From positions 124,001-188,000 of IMG/VR virus record IMGVR_UViG_3300020477_000990: 64,000 bases of DNA; one strand, 5' to 3'. The number at the start of each line of letters is the position of its first letter. Position 1 is the first letter of the stretch. Of the stretch, positions 1-7,448 are shown piece by piece. The notes beneath the pieces are model-generated. The model was not told the DNA's origin and did no database searches. It worked only from the letters and a program-made list of their open reading frames with translations. The translations under genes were made by a program, and so were the position numbers.

Positions 1-2
1 CA

Positions 3-431
3 TTAAAAGCAAAAGAACTATTAGGCGAAGTAACTAATCCACAAGTACTTGCTCCGTTAGTATTAGTATTTTGGTCATATAGATATGGTGAAGAAGATGG
101 TTATACAGGTTATGATATAGAGCAAAAAGAAATAATTGAAGGTCAACTAAACAGCAATTATGATGGACATAATACTGATCCAATTGCAATGGCGGCAATG
201 AATGCTATACTAACTGCTGAATCATTAGGGCTTAATACTGCTTATTGTAAATGCTTTAATGAGCATGGATCAAAAAAGTTATTAGCTGGTAATAAAGATA
301 AAAACTATAAACAATTAGAACTAATGGTAGGTATTGGTTACAACAGTATAGAAACTGCACAAAATAGAAAATGTTTTAATATTGGTAATGCTAATGCAAA
401 AACAAGAACAGATTTATTTACTATAGTGTAA
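3..431 (+). CDS. Nitroreductase-family protein, 5'-truncated by window edge
   Basis: Frame is open from base 3; C-terminal AAMNAILTAESLGLNTAY...LMVGIGY resembles the nitroreductase fold. Confidence 0.6.
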   Translation, partial: LKAKELLGEVTNPQVLAPLVLVFWSYRYGEEDGYTGYDIEQKEIIEGQLNSNYDGHNTDPIAMAAMNAILTAESLGLNTAYCKCFNEHGSKKLLAGNKDKNYKQLELMVGIGYNSIETAQNRKCFNIGNANAKTRTDLFTIV

Positions 432-735
432 CGCCAGGCGCTTCAGCAATATTTTGATAATCAACTAAATCATAAAACTCATCTTTAGTTAATAAAACAC
501 CCATTTCTTTTAATTCTTCCCAATTGTCATTTAAATGACTTAATAAATGATCACGTTGTTCATGAACACCTTGCTCTACATCTTGATCCCATTCATTTAT
601 TTCATAGATAGAATCTAGTCGCTCATCTATTTCAAGTATTTTTGCTACAATCAAATGACTTTGGTTAATTAATTCCCGGTATTTTTTATGATCCAGTTTT
701 AGTTTTATTATTAATTCATCATATTTTCTTTTCAT
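421..735 (-). CDS. Hypothetical acidic helical protein
   Basis: ORF 421..750; second ATG (735) lies 5 nt after TAAATA at 741-746. Confidence 0.6.
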   Translation of the reverse strand: MKRKYDELIIKLKLDHKKYRELINQSHLIVAKILEIDERLDSIYEINEWDQDVEQGVHEQRDHLLSHLNDNWEELKEMGVLLTKDEFYDLVDYQNIAEAPGVTL

Positions 736-771
736 AAAAGTATTTAGCATAGAAAATGACGTATTTTCTCA

Positions 772-800
772 TTGACATCGTCCAATAATTCAGCTATTAT
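772..800 (+). promoter_or_regulatory. sigma70-type promoter, probably leaderless
   Basis: TTGACA 772-777, 17-nt spacer, TATTAT 795-800, ATG at 807 with no SD. Confidence 0.65.
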
Positions 801-806
801 TTTATT

Positions 807-1043
807 ATGTTTATAGATAATGAAAAAGAAAATACTGAATTAATTTATGATGAATACATGACCTTCACATTTAATTTAATTAAAGAAGGAACTGATCCTC
901 TACAATGTGCTGGAGTAATGATGGCTCAAGCATTAATGCATTATAAATCAGCATTAAGCCATGATGAGTATAATAAAATGGTTGAATTAATGTATGACTC
1001 TAAAGATTCTGTAAAGCAATTTCCAAAGCCAAAGTTGAATTAA
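807..1043 (+). CDS. Hypothetical phage protein
   Basis: 78-aa ORF directly behind a consensus promoter. Confidence 0.7.
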   Translation: MFIDNEKENTELIYDEYMTFTFNLIKEGTDPLQCAGVMMAQALMHYKSALSHDEYNKMVELMYDSKDSVKQFPKPKLN

Positions 1044-1900
1044 AAGTTAAATAATTTACGATTAACTGAATTATTGTTAATAATTAAATTATTTTTATTA
1101 TATTTTAGTTCATTATTTTTATCTAAGTTAAATGTTTTAGATATAAGATCCCAATCTTCCCAAAATAATTTTTTATTTTTAATTAATTTTATCTTTTCGT
1201 CAGTTGAATTAAACATTTTTCTTGCAGTACCTTTACCAGGAACAATAGGGTTGTCTCCACCTCCTTGATAATATTGATCCCCTAGTAATATTTTTGCATC
1301 AGATTGACTATAATCTCCTTTTAAATCTTCATAAAATGCAATATGATTTATTGTTAAAGGATAAAAATGTAATAATGAATAATCAATTGTTAATTCTTTA
1401 ATAAAATCAATAGCCATTTTGTGATTATAATCTATTTCACCTGTTTTTAATAAGTCTTTTATTATTTCTTTATTCAAATCACACAAAATACCTCTACTAA
1501 TACTTTTCTTATCTTTTCCTTTTCCTAGTATATCCCAATGCTTTCCACCTTCTGGTAGCAATATTTGAGTATGCACTAAAAAGGATAAAAATACTTCAAA
1601 TATATTCTTTCTAATTAATAATATAGTATGATAATACTCTTTTTTTAATTTTCTATCTAGATATGGTAATGCTTTGTAAAAATCAACAGCCATTTGCGGA
1701 CTACTTATAATAACATTATGCTCATCTTTTATTTTAGCTTTTTCATATAGGTTATAATTCGTCAATTTTGATCTATAATAATTTCTCATATTAATAGGCT
1801 TATATCCTCGCGGTGCTTTATATTCAGCTATTAAATCACTACCGTAGGTACTCCCATTGTGACTTAACCCTATAAAAATGATATCTTTATCTTTGCTCAT
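1040..1900 (-). CDS. Putative sulfotransferase-like (Stf0-type) protein
   Basis: N-terminal FIGLSHNGSTY (5'-PSB-like loop) and LIRKNIFEVFLS (3'-PB-like R...S). Confidence 0.45.
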   Translation of the reverse strand: MSKDKDIIFIGLSHNGSTYGSDLIAEYKAPRGYKPINMRNYYRSKLTNYNLYEKAKIKDEHNVIISSPQMAVDFYKALPYLDRKLKKEYYHTILLIRKNIFEVFLSFLVHTQILLPEGGKHWDILGKGKDKKSISRGILCDLNKEIIKDLLKTGEIDYNHKMAIDFIKELTIDYSLLHFYPLTINHIAFYEDLKGDYSQSDAKILLGDQYYQGGGDNPIVPGKGTARKMFNSTDEKIKLIKNKKLFWEDWDLISKTFNLDKNNELKYNKNNLIINNNSVNRKLFNF

Positions 1901-1931
1901 TGTATATGTATTTAACTACCATTGAATTAAC

Positions 1932-1962
1932 TTGACTTTTCCGCAGAAAACTGCTATAAATA
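1932..1962 (+). promoter_or_regulatory. Overlapping sigma70 and TATAAATA late-type promoter
   Basis: TTGACT 1932-1937, 17 nt, TATAAA 1955-1960; TATAAATA 1955-1962; ATG 1969. Confidence 0.65.
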
Positions 1963-1968
1963 TAGAGT

Positions 1969-2352
1969 ATGGAAAAGAAAATAAAGAAATTATTATCAAA
2001 CAGCATGGCTACAGGAATAGCTATTGTAGTATTAATTGTGTGCTTATGTATTATAATTAGCAATAATTCTCTCGAGAAAAGATCATTATTAGCTAATATA
2101 GAAGTATTACAACTAGAAGTCGTATCCTTAGAAAAAGATCGTAAAACTCTAGTAGATCATATAACTGAGATGGAAGATGAGCGTCAAATATACCTTGCAA
2201 CACTACAAGATATGAAGGCTTACAATGCTAAACTAGAAGCAAAAATTAAGAATTTAGAAACTGATATTACTACTGCTGAGTTTATGATTAATGATTTAGA
2301 ACAGAGTCTAGCTGACTTAAACAGCAAAATAGAAGCCCAACCTTTAGATTAA
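1969..2352 (+). CDS. Membrane-anchored coiled-coil protein (possibly i-spanin-like)
   Basis: N-terminal hydrophobic helix GIAIVVLIVCLCIII followed by heptad-rich region. Confidence 0.6.
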   Translation: MEKKIKKLLSNSMATGIAIVVLIVCLCIIISNNSLEKRSLLANIEVLQLEVVSLEKDRKTLVDHITEMEDERQIYLATLQDMKAYNAKLEAKIKNLETDITTAEFMINDLEQSLADLNSKIEAQPLD

Positions 2353-2414
2353 TTAACATTAATTTTAACCCATACCCAAGGTCTCTTTAAATAGTGTATA
2401 GCAGGGAGGGAGCT

Positions 2415-2732
2415 ATGGCACGTAAGAAGAACCGTTGGAATCAATGGCGTAAAAAAGCCCCCAAAGTACCTGATAATACCTGTCCTTTGATAGATGATAT
2501 ACTCACAGATCTCGAGAAGATCATGGAAGCAAACCCTATATTTGATGAGAAGAAATTCAAGCGAGTTGAGAAGAAATTAGAGCGTCTAAGAAGTCAAAAT
2601 GAAGCCCTAAGAAACAGCGGAATTTACTGGTATGAAAAGTGTAAAGATCACTTAAAAGAGATAAAACCAGATAATTTCGAAGATATTAAGAAGATATACA
2701 AAAAAATAAAACCATTTTTTATGGCGTCATAA
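2415..2732 (+). CDS. Hypothetical phage protein (KAPKVPDxTCP...SGIYWY type)
   Basis: SD GGGAGG before ATG 2415; clean ORF. Confidence 0.75.
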   Translation: MARKKNRWNQWRKKAPKVPDNTCPLIDDILTDLEKIMEANPIFDEKKFKRVEKKLERLRSQNEALRNSGIYWYEKCKDHLKEIKPDNFEDIKKIYKKIKPFFMAS

Positions 2733-2787
2733 AGCACGATTACACTACATGATACACTATACGACATACTAGTGAATAGTAAAAGAA

Positions 2788-3185
2788 TTGTACTATCTGT
2801 GCGTATGAGCACACCCTTGAAAGAAGGGTACCCAAAAAGAGAAACCGCGTCTCGGATCACCGGGGAATCACCACCGAAAAAGTAATTAGTATATGTATAT
2901 CCACGGTCCTCTTAACCGTTAAAAACAGGGTAACCACCATTGATCTATGCTTCCCCATCATGGCCTATATTGTCGCAATTGCGGAGCGGTCTGTCTTTGA
3001 ACAATGACCTTCGGTCATTATCTCCGATCACCCGAAGCACTTATGCTAACGGCTAGTCGCACGTTAGCATGGCGTAGCTTTGGCTGGGTCGTCTTTGATC
3101 AATTGCTCCCTGAATATGTGATCACCATGCTGTATATCGGAGCGACAGCTTCGCGACCTGTTAGCTCTAGGGTGTCGCTAACAGT
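2788..3185 (+). ncRNA. Candidate structured RNA
   Basis: Stems TGTGC/GCACA, ACCCTT/AAGGGT, AATGAC-cUUCGg-TCATT, ATGCTAAC/GTTAGCAT, GGAGC(2983)/GCTCC(3105), TGTTAGC/GCTAACA; the cUUCGg loop favours the + strand. Confidence 0.4.
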
Positions 3186-3218
3186 CAGTCTTAGATAGAT
3201 ATACAGCTATATGGTAGA

Positions 3219-3271
3219 GACCCCGCTGTAAACCATAGGGACCCCGCTGTAACATATACAGACCCCGCTGT
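3219..3271 (+). repeat. Three GACCCCGCTGT direct repeats, exact 21-bp period
   Basis: Copies at 3219, 3240, 3261. Confidence 0.95.
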
Positions 3272-3305
3272 GCGGTCTGATGGATTAGTCAGGAATGTAG
3301 CTGTG

Positions 3306-3414
3306 CCGGGACTAGATCTAGTCATTAGCTCCTGATCTCCAGCTTTAGCTCCGGGACTATATGTTGTGGTGGCCTCGATCTATGCCTCTCATGCGTAGAT
3401 TTATTCCGGGACTA
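3306..3414 (+). repeat. Three CCGGGACTA direct repeats
   Basis: Copies at 3306, 3351, 3406; partial CCGGGAC at 3495. Confidence 0.9.
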
Positions 3415-3445
3415 TATATAGTGGTTTTAATTAGACTAATTTTTA

Positions 3446-3474
3446 TTGACTCATTATCGATAATATGCTATATT
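3446..3474 (+). promoter_or_regulatory. sigma70 promoter with extended -10 inside the non-coding element
   Basis: TTGACT 3446-3451, 17-nt spacer containing palindrome ATTATCGATAAT, TGcTATATT ending 3474. Confidence 0.7.
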
Positions 3475-3645
3475 AAATATACAACATGGGTCGCCCGGGA
3501 CACGTATTCCTTACCGTATGGGGTCGGGCGGTCAAGTCGATCAAGCGTACGATCCGGCGATCAGCGTATGACGAGAAACAATGATGGAGCCCAGAGATAA
3601 TAGTAGCTGTATGACGGGGGACGGTAGGGTGATACAGCTACACCT

Positions 3646-3747
3646 TCAAAGAGGCTCAAAGCACTCAAAGAGCTTCAAAGACACTCAAAGGACTCAAAGG
3701 CGCTCAAAGGGGCTCAAAGGGCCTCAAAGGCGGGGCGAGGTTCAAAG
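3646..3747 (+). repeat. Ten TCAAAG repeats phased at about 10 bp
   Basis: Copies at 3646, 3656, 3665, 3675, 3685, 3694, 3704, 3714, 3724, 3742. Confidence 0.95.
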
Positions 3748-3788
3748 AGGCCAGATGGCCCCTCCGGGGCCTATATTGAGATTTAGTC

Positions 3789-3840
3789 TTGAGATGTTGC
3801 AAAAATACAACACATTTTGAGATGTTGTAGAAATACAACA
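3789..3840 (+). repeat. Two 24-bp direct repeats TTGAGATGTTGyArAAATACAACA, each an internal inverted repeat
   Basis: Copies 3789-3812 and 3817-3840 differ at 2 positions. Confidence 0.9.
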
Positions 3841-4169
3841 GGTGTTGTATAAAAGCCACAAGTTACCGTAACTGCTGTAAACACATTTGGAACACAATTG
3901 GAACAAGATTTCAACACAATTGTTAATAGCTTATTGGCCACAATATGTTGTAGGGTGTGTGATAAACGCGACACAACATCTTGTATGAAAAAAGACTAAT
4001 AATATCAATGGTTTAGCACGGTGAAGCTGTAGCTGTGCTATATGTAGTCAGGACCTGACTAGATATTGTGCCATGGTAAAATGGTCAGAGTTCGGCCCAA
4101 CCTTTGAGTAACAGTCTATTTCTTTCTAAATTTTCTCTGCTCTAGTTAATTTTCGACTGGAGTTAATAT

Positions 4170-4198
4170 TATAATAGCATAGGTTTCTATATTGTCAA
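4170..4198 (-). promoter_or_regulatory. Leftward sigma70 promoter with 12-bp operator, no downstream ORF
   Basis: Minus strand TTGACA-atATAGAAACCTATgc-TATTAT. Confidence 0.7.
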
Positions 4199-4221
4199 GA
4201 GGTTAATTTAAATATTTTTGG

Positions 4222-4249
4222 TTGACACATTGCGTAACCGTGCTACAAT
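4222..4249 (+). promoter_or_regulatory. Early sigma70 promoter
   Basis: TTGACA 4222-4227, 16 nt, TGcTACAAT ending 4249. Confidence 0.75.
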
Positions 4250-4322
4250 AAAGAATGAGCCTGTTGTAATGAATCGATAGGTATACTTAGATGAAGCAGG
4301 CTCATTTAAATAGAAAGGAAAT

Positions 4323-4700
4323 ATGTCAAATATAAGAATAGCTTACTACAGTCACAGCGAAACACCTATATCAACACTTACTAATTGTCCAGGAGATGAT
4401 TTAGTTAAGGTAGCTAGAATGTTAGAAACAACTGCGCCAACGTGGGAAGATGCTAAGAAGTATGTACACTTAACGCAACACACGTTGCAAGAACACTATG
4501 GTGTAGATGGTTATGGTGATCCTTTATGTACTAGAATAAGTGGTGTAAAGAATAAAGAAAACTTAATTGGTTTGTTTATTCATATGAGATCTAAATGGCA
4601 CTTTAGTGATAATGGTATTGATTGGATCCCAACTGAAGAAGAATTTCCAGTCGATTCTACCGAGCCTTATAAAGTTGTTAACGGATTTGTTAACGTTTAA
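4323..4700 (+). CDS. Hypothetical early protein
   Basis: SD AGAAAGGA, promoter upstream, terminator downstream. Confidence 0.8.
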   Translation: MSNIRIAYYSHSETPISTLTNCPGDDLVKVARMLETTAPTWEDAKKYVHLTQHTLQEHYGVDGYGDPLCTRISGVKNKENLIGLFIHMRSKWHFSDNGIDWIPTEEEFPVDSTEPYKVVNGFVNV

Positions 4701-4715
4701 TTTAAATTAAAGAAA

Positions 4716-4752
4716 TAAAAAAGCCCCAATACTTTTAGTAAAGGGGCTTTCT
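4716..4752. terminator. Bidirectional intrinsic terminator
   Basis: A-tract, AAGCCCC/GGGGCTT stem, T-tract, between convergent genes. Confidence 0.8.
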
Positions 4753-4790
4753 CTTGTTTAACACAACGTTACAATTGTACGTAACGTGCT

Positions 4791-5399
4791 CTACGCAACT
4801 TTAGTTGCTGTAAACTTTACTAGTTCCGAGGCACAATGTTGCCAAAAGTCTCCATCCAAGTTAACATCATAATTTACTGTTTCCTCAGCCTGCATTCCCT
4901 GTTCGCTATATTCGAAGTCTAAATACTTCTCTAATAGCTTTCTATTAAAGTTACATTCTTCTTCCATGTACTTTAATAAATTTTCTGTAAACCCATCGTC
5001 CGTATAAATTAAGCCATCGCTTTCTTTACTCGGGTTCCTATTAATTAATGCAGAGGGATCGTCAACTCCATCATACCATGTGCCGTCTTTTCCGCTTCCG
5101 TCATAGTATGCATTACCCGTAAGTCCGCCACTCCAATATATGTCATCAGCATTCATTGTACTCCAATCTTTTTTGTCGTACATTTGTCTGCTGTGTTGCG
5201 CCATTAAAACGAGATTGCTAACTTTTACTCCTTTAACTACTCCCTTACTCCATATACTATCTCCGCTAGTCCAAATACGTTTGTTAACGTTTACATCAAA
5301 TCGTAACGTTTCATCGTCTTTATCGTATTCGTAATTAACGTTAGCATTCTGCAAAAATTTAATGCCTGCTTGTACTTCTGCTAATGTATACTTTGCCAT
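4791..5399 (-). CDS. Hypothetical acidic early protein
   Basis: SD AGAAAGGA; own promoter (TTGACA at 5451-5446). Confidence 0.8.
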   Translation of the reverse strand: MAKYTLAEVQAGIKFLQNANVNYEYDKDDETLRFDVNVNKRIWTSGDSIWSKGVVKGVKVSNLVLMAQHSRQMYDKKDWSTMNADDIYWSGGLTGNAYYDGSGKDGTWYDGVDDPSALINRNPSKESDGLIYTDDGFTENLLKYMEEECNFNRKLLEKYLDFEYSEQGMQAEETVNYDVNLDGDFWQHCASELVKFTATKVA

Positions 5400-5422
5400 T
5401 TGTTTCCTTTCTGTTATTGTTT

Positions 5423-5451
5423 AACTATAGCATATTTTCCTGTTTTGTCAA
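5423..5451 (-). promoter_or_regulatory. Early sigma70 promoter
   Basis: Minus strand TTGACAaaacaggaaaatatgcTATAGT. Confidence 0.7.
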
Positions 5452-5535
5452 GTCTTTATGCTATTAATTTAATGTTAGTAACAAACCTAAAACTATTACT
5501 AATATTATAAATGTTTTTTTATAGTACATAATTTA

Positions 5536-5712
5536 CTATAACATACGTATTGTAACTGTATAGTGTAATGTTGACTGCTTAATTACACTTATATTTTTAC
5601 TAGCTTTTACTATGTCCAATAGCTTTAGCCTTTTAACTTCCTCTTCGTCGTTGTCGTAAATTTTTACTGTAGGTTCGAATAGCTTATCCAAACTTTCTTT
5701 AACTTTTTTCAT
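5536..5712 (-). CDS. Small hypothetical protein (start MKKVKE)
   Basis: SD AAGGAG before ATG at 5712; promoter TTGACA at 5765-5760. Confidence 0.6.
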   Translation of the reverse strand: MKKVKESLDKLFEPTVKIYDNDEEEVKRLKLLDIVKASKNISVIKQSTLHYTVTIRML

Positions 5713-5833
5713 TACTGCTCCTTTTATTACTGTAACTACTGTAACATACATTGCTTGTTTGTCAAGTACTAAGGGGCCGCGTAAGTCATTGAAATCATTA
5801 CATTTTTTTGGCGTGTTTAGACTAAAATAATGG

Positions 5834-5863
5834 TTGACATTATAGGTTTCTATGCTAATATAA
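5834..5863 (+). promoter_or_regulatory. Early sigma70 promoter with 12-bp operator
   Basis: TTGACA 5834-5839; ATAGGTTTCTAT 5842-5853; TGcTAATAT. Confidence 0.75.
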
Positions 5864-5896
5864 TATTAATGTTTAACACTAAACGAAAGGACAAAT

Positions 5897-6508
5897 ATGC
5901 CAAATTGGTGTAATAATAATATAATAATAAAAGGCCCAAAGAAAAAGATAAAGGATCTAGAAGCGGCGGCTAAAGAAGGACAATTTTGTAATTGGTTAGT
6001 TGCTATGCCGAAGGTTTTAGAAGATACAACTGCTGACGGGACTGAAAAACCTAAACTTAAAAAAGCAACAGGTTTTAGTGATTGGTACGATTGGCGAGTT
6101 GCCAATTGGGGAACCAAATGGGATGTAGATGCTTACGAAGGTTCAATAAAAATCAAAGAAGAACTATTAGGCAAAGACAATGGTAAAGCAGAGTTATCAT
6201 TTGGCTTTGATAGTGCTTGGGCACCTCCATTAGAAGCAATAGCAACTTACCTAGAGAAGAACGATGATGTTTCTATGAAACTATGGTATTATGAACCAGG
6301 TTGCGACTTTGGTGGAGTTTGGGAAGACTTTAACGATGATTGTTGGCAAATATCAGAAGTTCAAGATAGTTTTTTAATTAACGATCCTGTAGGTAGAGAG
6401 TTTAACGATTACTTTGGACTATTAGAATCTAGGGAAGAGTGGAGAGCTGATGAGGAAAATGATCCTAAGTCAGTTGCTAAATGGAAGGCAGTTCAAGGTG
6501 CAGAATAA
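5897..6508 (+). CDS. DUF1281/YubB ferredoxin-like domain protein
   Basis: MPNWCNN start, WYDWRVANWGTKWD and FDSAWAPP motifs. Confidence 0.75.
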   Translation: MPNWCNNNIIIKGPKKKIKDLEAAAKEGQFCNWLVAMPKVLEDTTADGTEKPKLKKATGFSDWYDWRVANWGTKWDVDAYEGSIKIKEELLGKDNGKAELSFGFDSAWAPPLEAIATYLEKNDDVSMKLWYYEPGCDFGGVWEDFNDDCWQISEVQDSFLINDPVGREFNDYFGLLESREEWRADEENDPKSVAKWKAVQGAE

Positions 6509-6848
6509 GGTCGCAAACGATAATTTACCTATTGACTATAAAGACTGCGATAGTAATACGGAAGTGATTGTTGATAAGAACGGTCACTTCCTAACGCATT
6601 ATGTATTAGCCGAAAGATTACTGCAAGTTGAGTATGCATCTATAAGAGATCAATTACGCAACGAACCATCAAGCGATACTTTAACATATATTCTTGAAGG
6701 TGGCTTTAGAGGCTTTCACAAATACACAATGGAACAGCAACGAGATGAATGGTTAGATGGTGCAGAAGATAGATGGTATCAGCTGTACGCAGATAAAGAA
6801 CTGCCATGGGAACCATATGAGGAGGATCCGATATGCAAAGTAAAATAA
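6450..6848 (+). CDS. Hypothetical acidic protein (true start possibly a GTG near 6498)
   Basis: ORF in a tightly packed operon; start uncertain. Confidence 0.65.
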   Translation: MRKMILSQLLNGRQFKVQNKVANDNLPIDYKDCDSNTEVIVDKNGHFLTHYVLAERLLQVEYASIRDQLRNEPSSDTLTYILEGGFRGFHKYTMEQQRDEWLDGAEDRWYQLYADKELPWEPYEEDPICKVK

Positions 6849-7015
6849 CAAAAGCACCTTTGATGTTAAAAGGAATAAATGAATCTTTTAATAAAAAAGA
6901 TAAAGAACTTATATCAGAAATGATTTGGGATAAGGTTAGAGAATTGCTTCCTGACTCTCCAGGTATTACTGGTATTAGTTATGAAATCAATGTACAAGTA
7001 CAGGAGGAAGAATAA
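6833..7015 (+). CDS. Small hypothetical protein
   Basis: SD GAGGA; coupled to neighbours. Confidence 0.65.
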   Translation: MQSKITKAPLMLKGINESFNKKDKELISEMIWDKVRELLPDSPGITGISYEINVQVQEEE

Positions 7016-7185
7016 TGGCTAAATGGAAAATCCATGTAGACCTAGATGCCGCTAGGGAAGAAGCAGAATATTTAGAGTCTTTAACAATTGAAGCCGATAA
7101 TGAAGATGAAGCCTTAACAAAAGCAGATCAGATAGTTAAGTCAAATATGTATGGTGGACCTTATTATAATGTGGAGGAGGAGTAA
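7015..7185 (+). CDS. Small acidic protein, DpnD/PcfM-like motif (not in ORF track)
   Basis: MAKWKIHVDLDAAREEAEYLESLTIEADNEDEALTKA..., SD AGGAGG, TAATG coupling both sides. Confidence 0.75.
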   Translation: MAKWKIHVDLDAAREEAEYLESLTIEADNEDEALTKADQIVKSNMYGGPYYNVEEE

Positions 7186-7448
7186 TGGCTAATAAAGATA
7201 AATTTTTGCTGAAGCCCAAAAATTTACTAGATAAATTTTTGCTGGATGATGACTCCGGGGTTAATTTAATGGATTTGTCAGTAGAAGAATTAAAGGATTA
7301 CAAAGAAACAATTATTGAAAAGATTGAAAAATATCTTCCAGAACTTTGTGATGATATAGATGAAGTAATAGCAATAAAGAAAGAAGCCGAAGATAATTGG
7401 GATGGATCAAATTATCCAGCAATCAATCCATTAGGAGAAGATGTATAA
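7185..7448 (+). CDS. Acidic hypothetical protein
   Basis: SD GGAGGAG, TAATG coupling. Confidence 0.75.
   Translation: MANKDKFLLKPKNLLDKFLLDDDSGVNLMDLSVEELKDYKETIIEKIEKYLPELCDDIDEVIAIKKEAEDNWDGSNYPAINPLGEDV

Larger units (their letters stand above)
2733..4320. other. Large structured non-coding element (candidate origin / packaging site / ncRNA locus)
   Basis: GC clearly above background, no credible ORF, several repeat families, hairpins and promoters. Confidence 0.7.

Noticed and set aside
2980-3075. Group II intron domain V or group I intron core
   Set aside because: GAGCGG/AGCCG words lack the downstream AC-bulge helix; no RT/maturase or interrupted gene
3646-3747. CRISPR array interpretation of the TCAAAG repeats
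   Set aside because: Repeat is 6-7 bp with 3-4 bp linkers; no 23-47 bp repeats, no spacers, no cas genes
3004-3974. ORF-track entries 3004..3198, 3361..3600, 3581..3820 and 3783..3974
   Set aside because: No SD, atypical GC-rich codon use, translations dictated by DNA repeats; better explained as a cis/ncRNA element
2345-4215. CtrA boxes (TTAA-N7-TTAA) near 2350 and 4203
   Set aside because: Spacing does not match and TTAA is common in this AT-rich DNA
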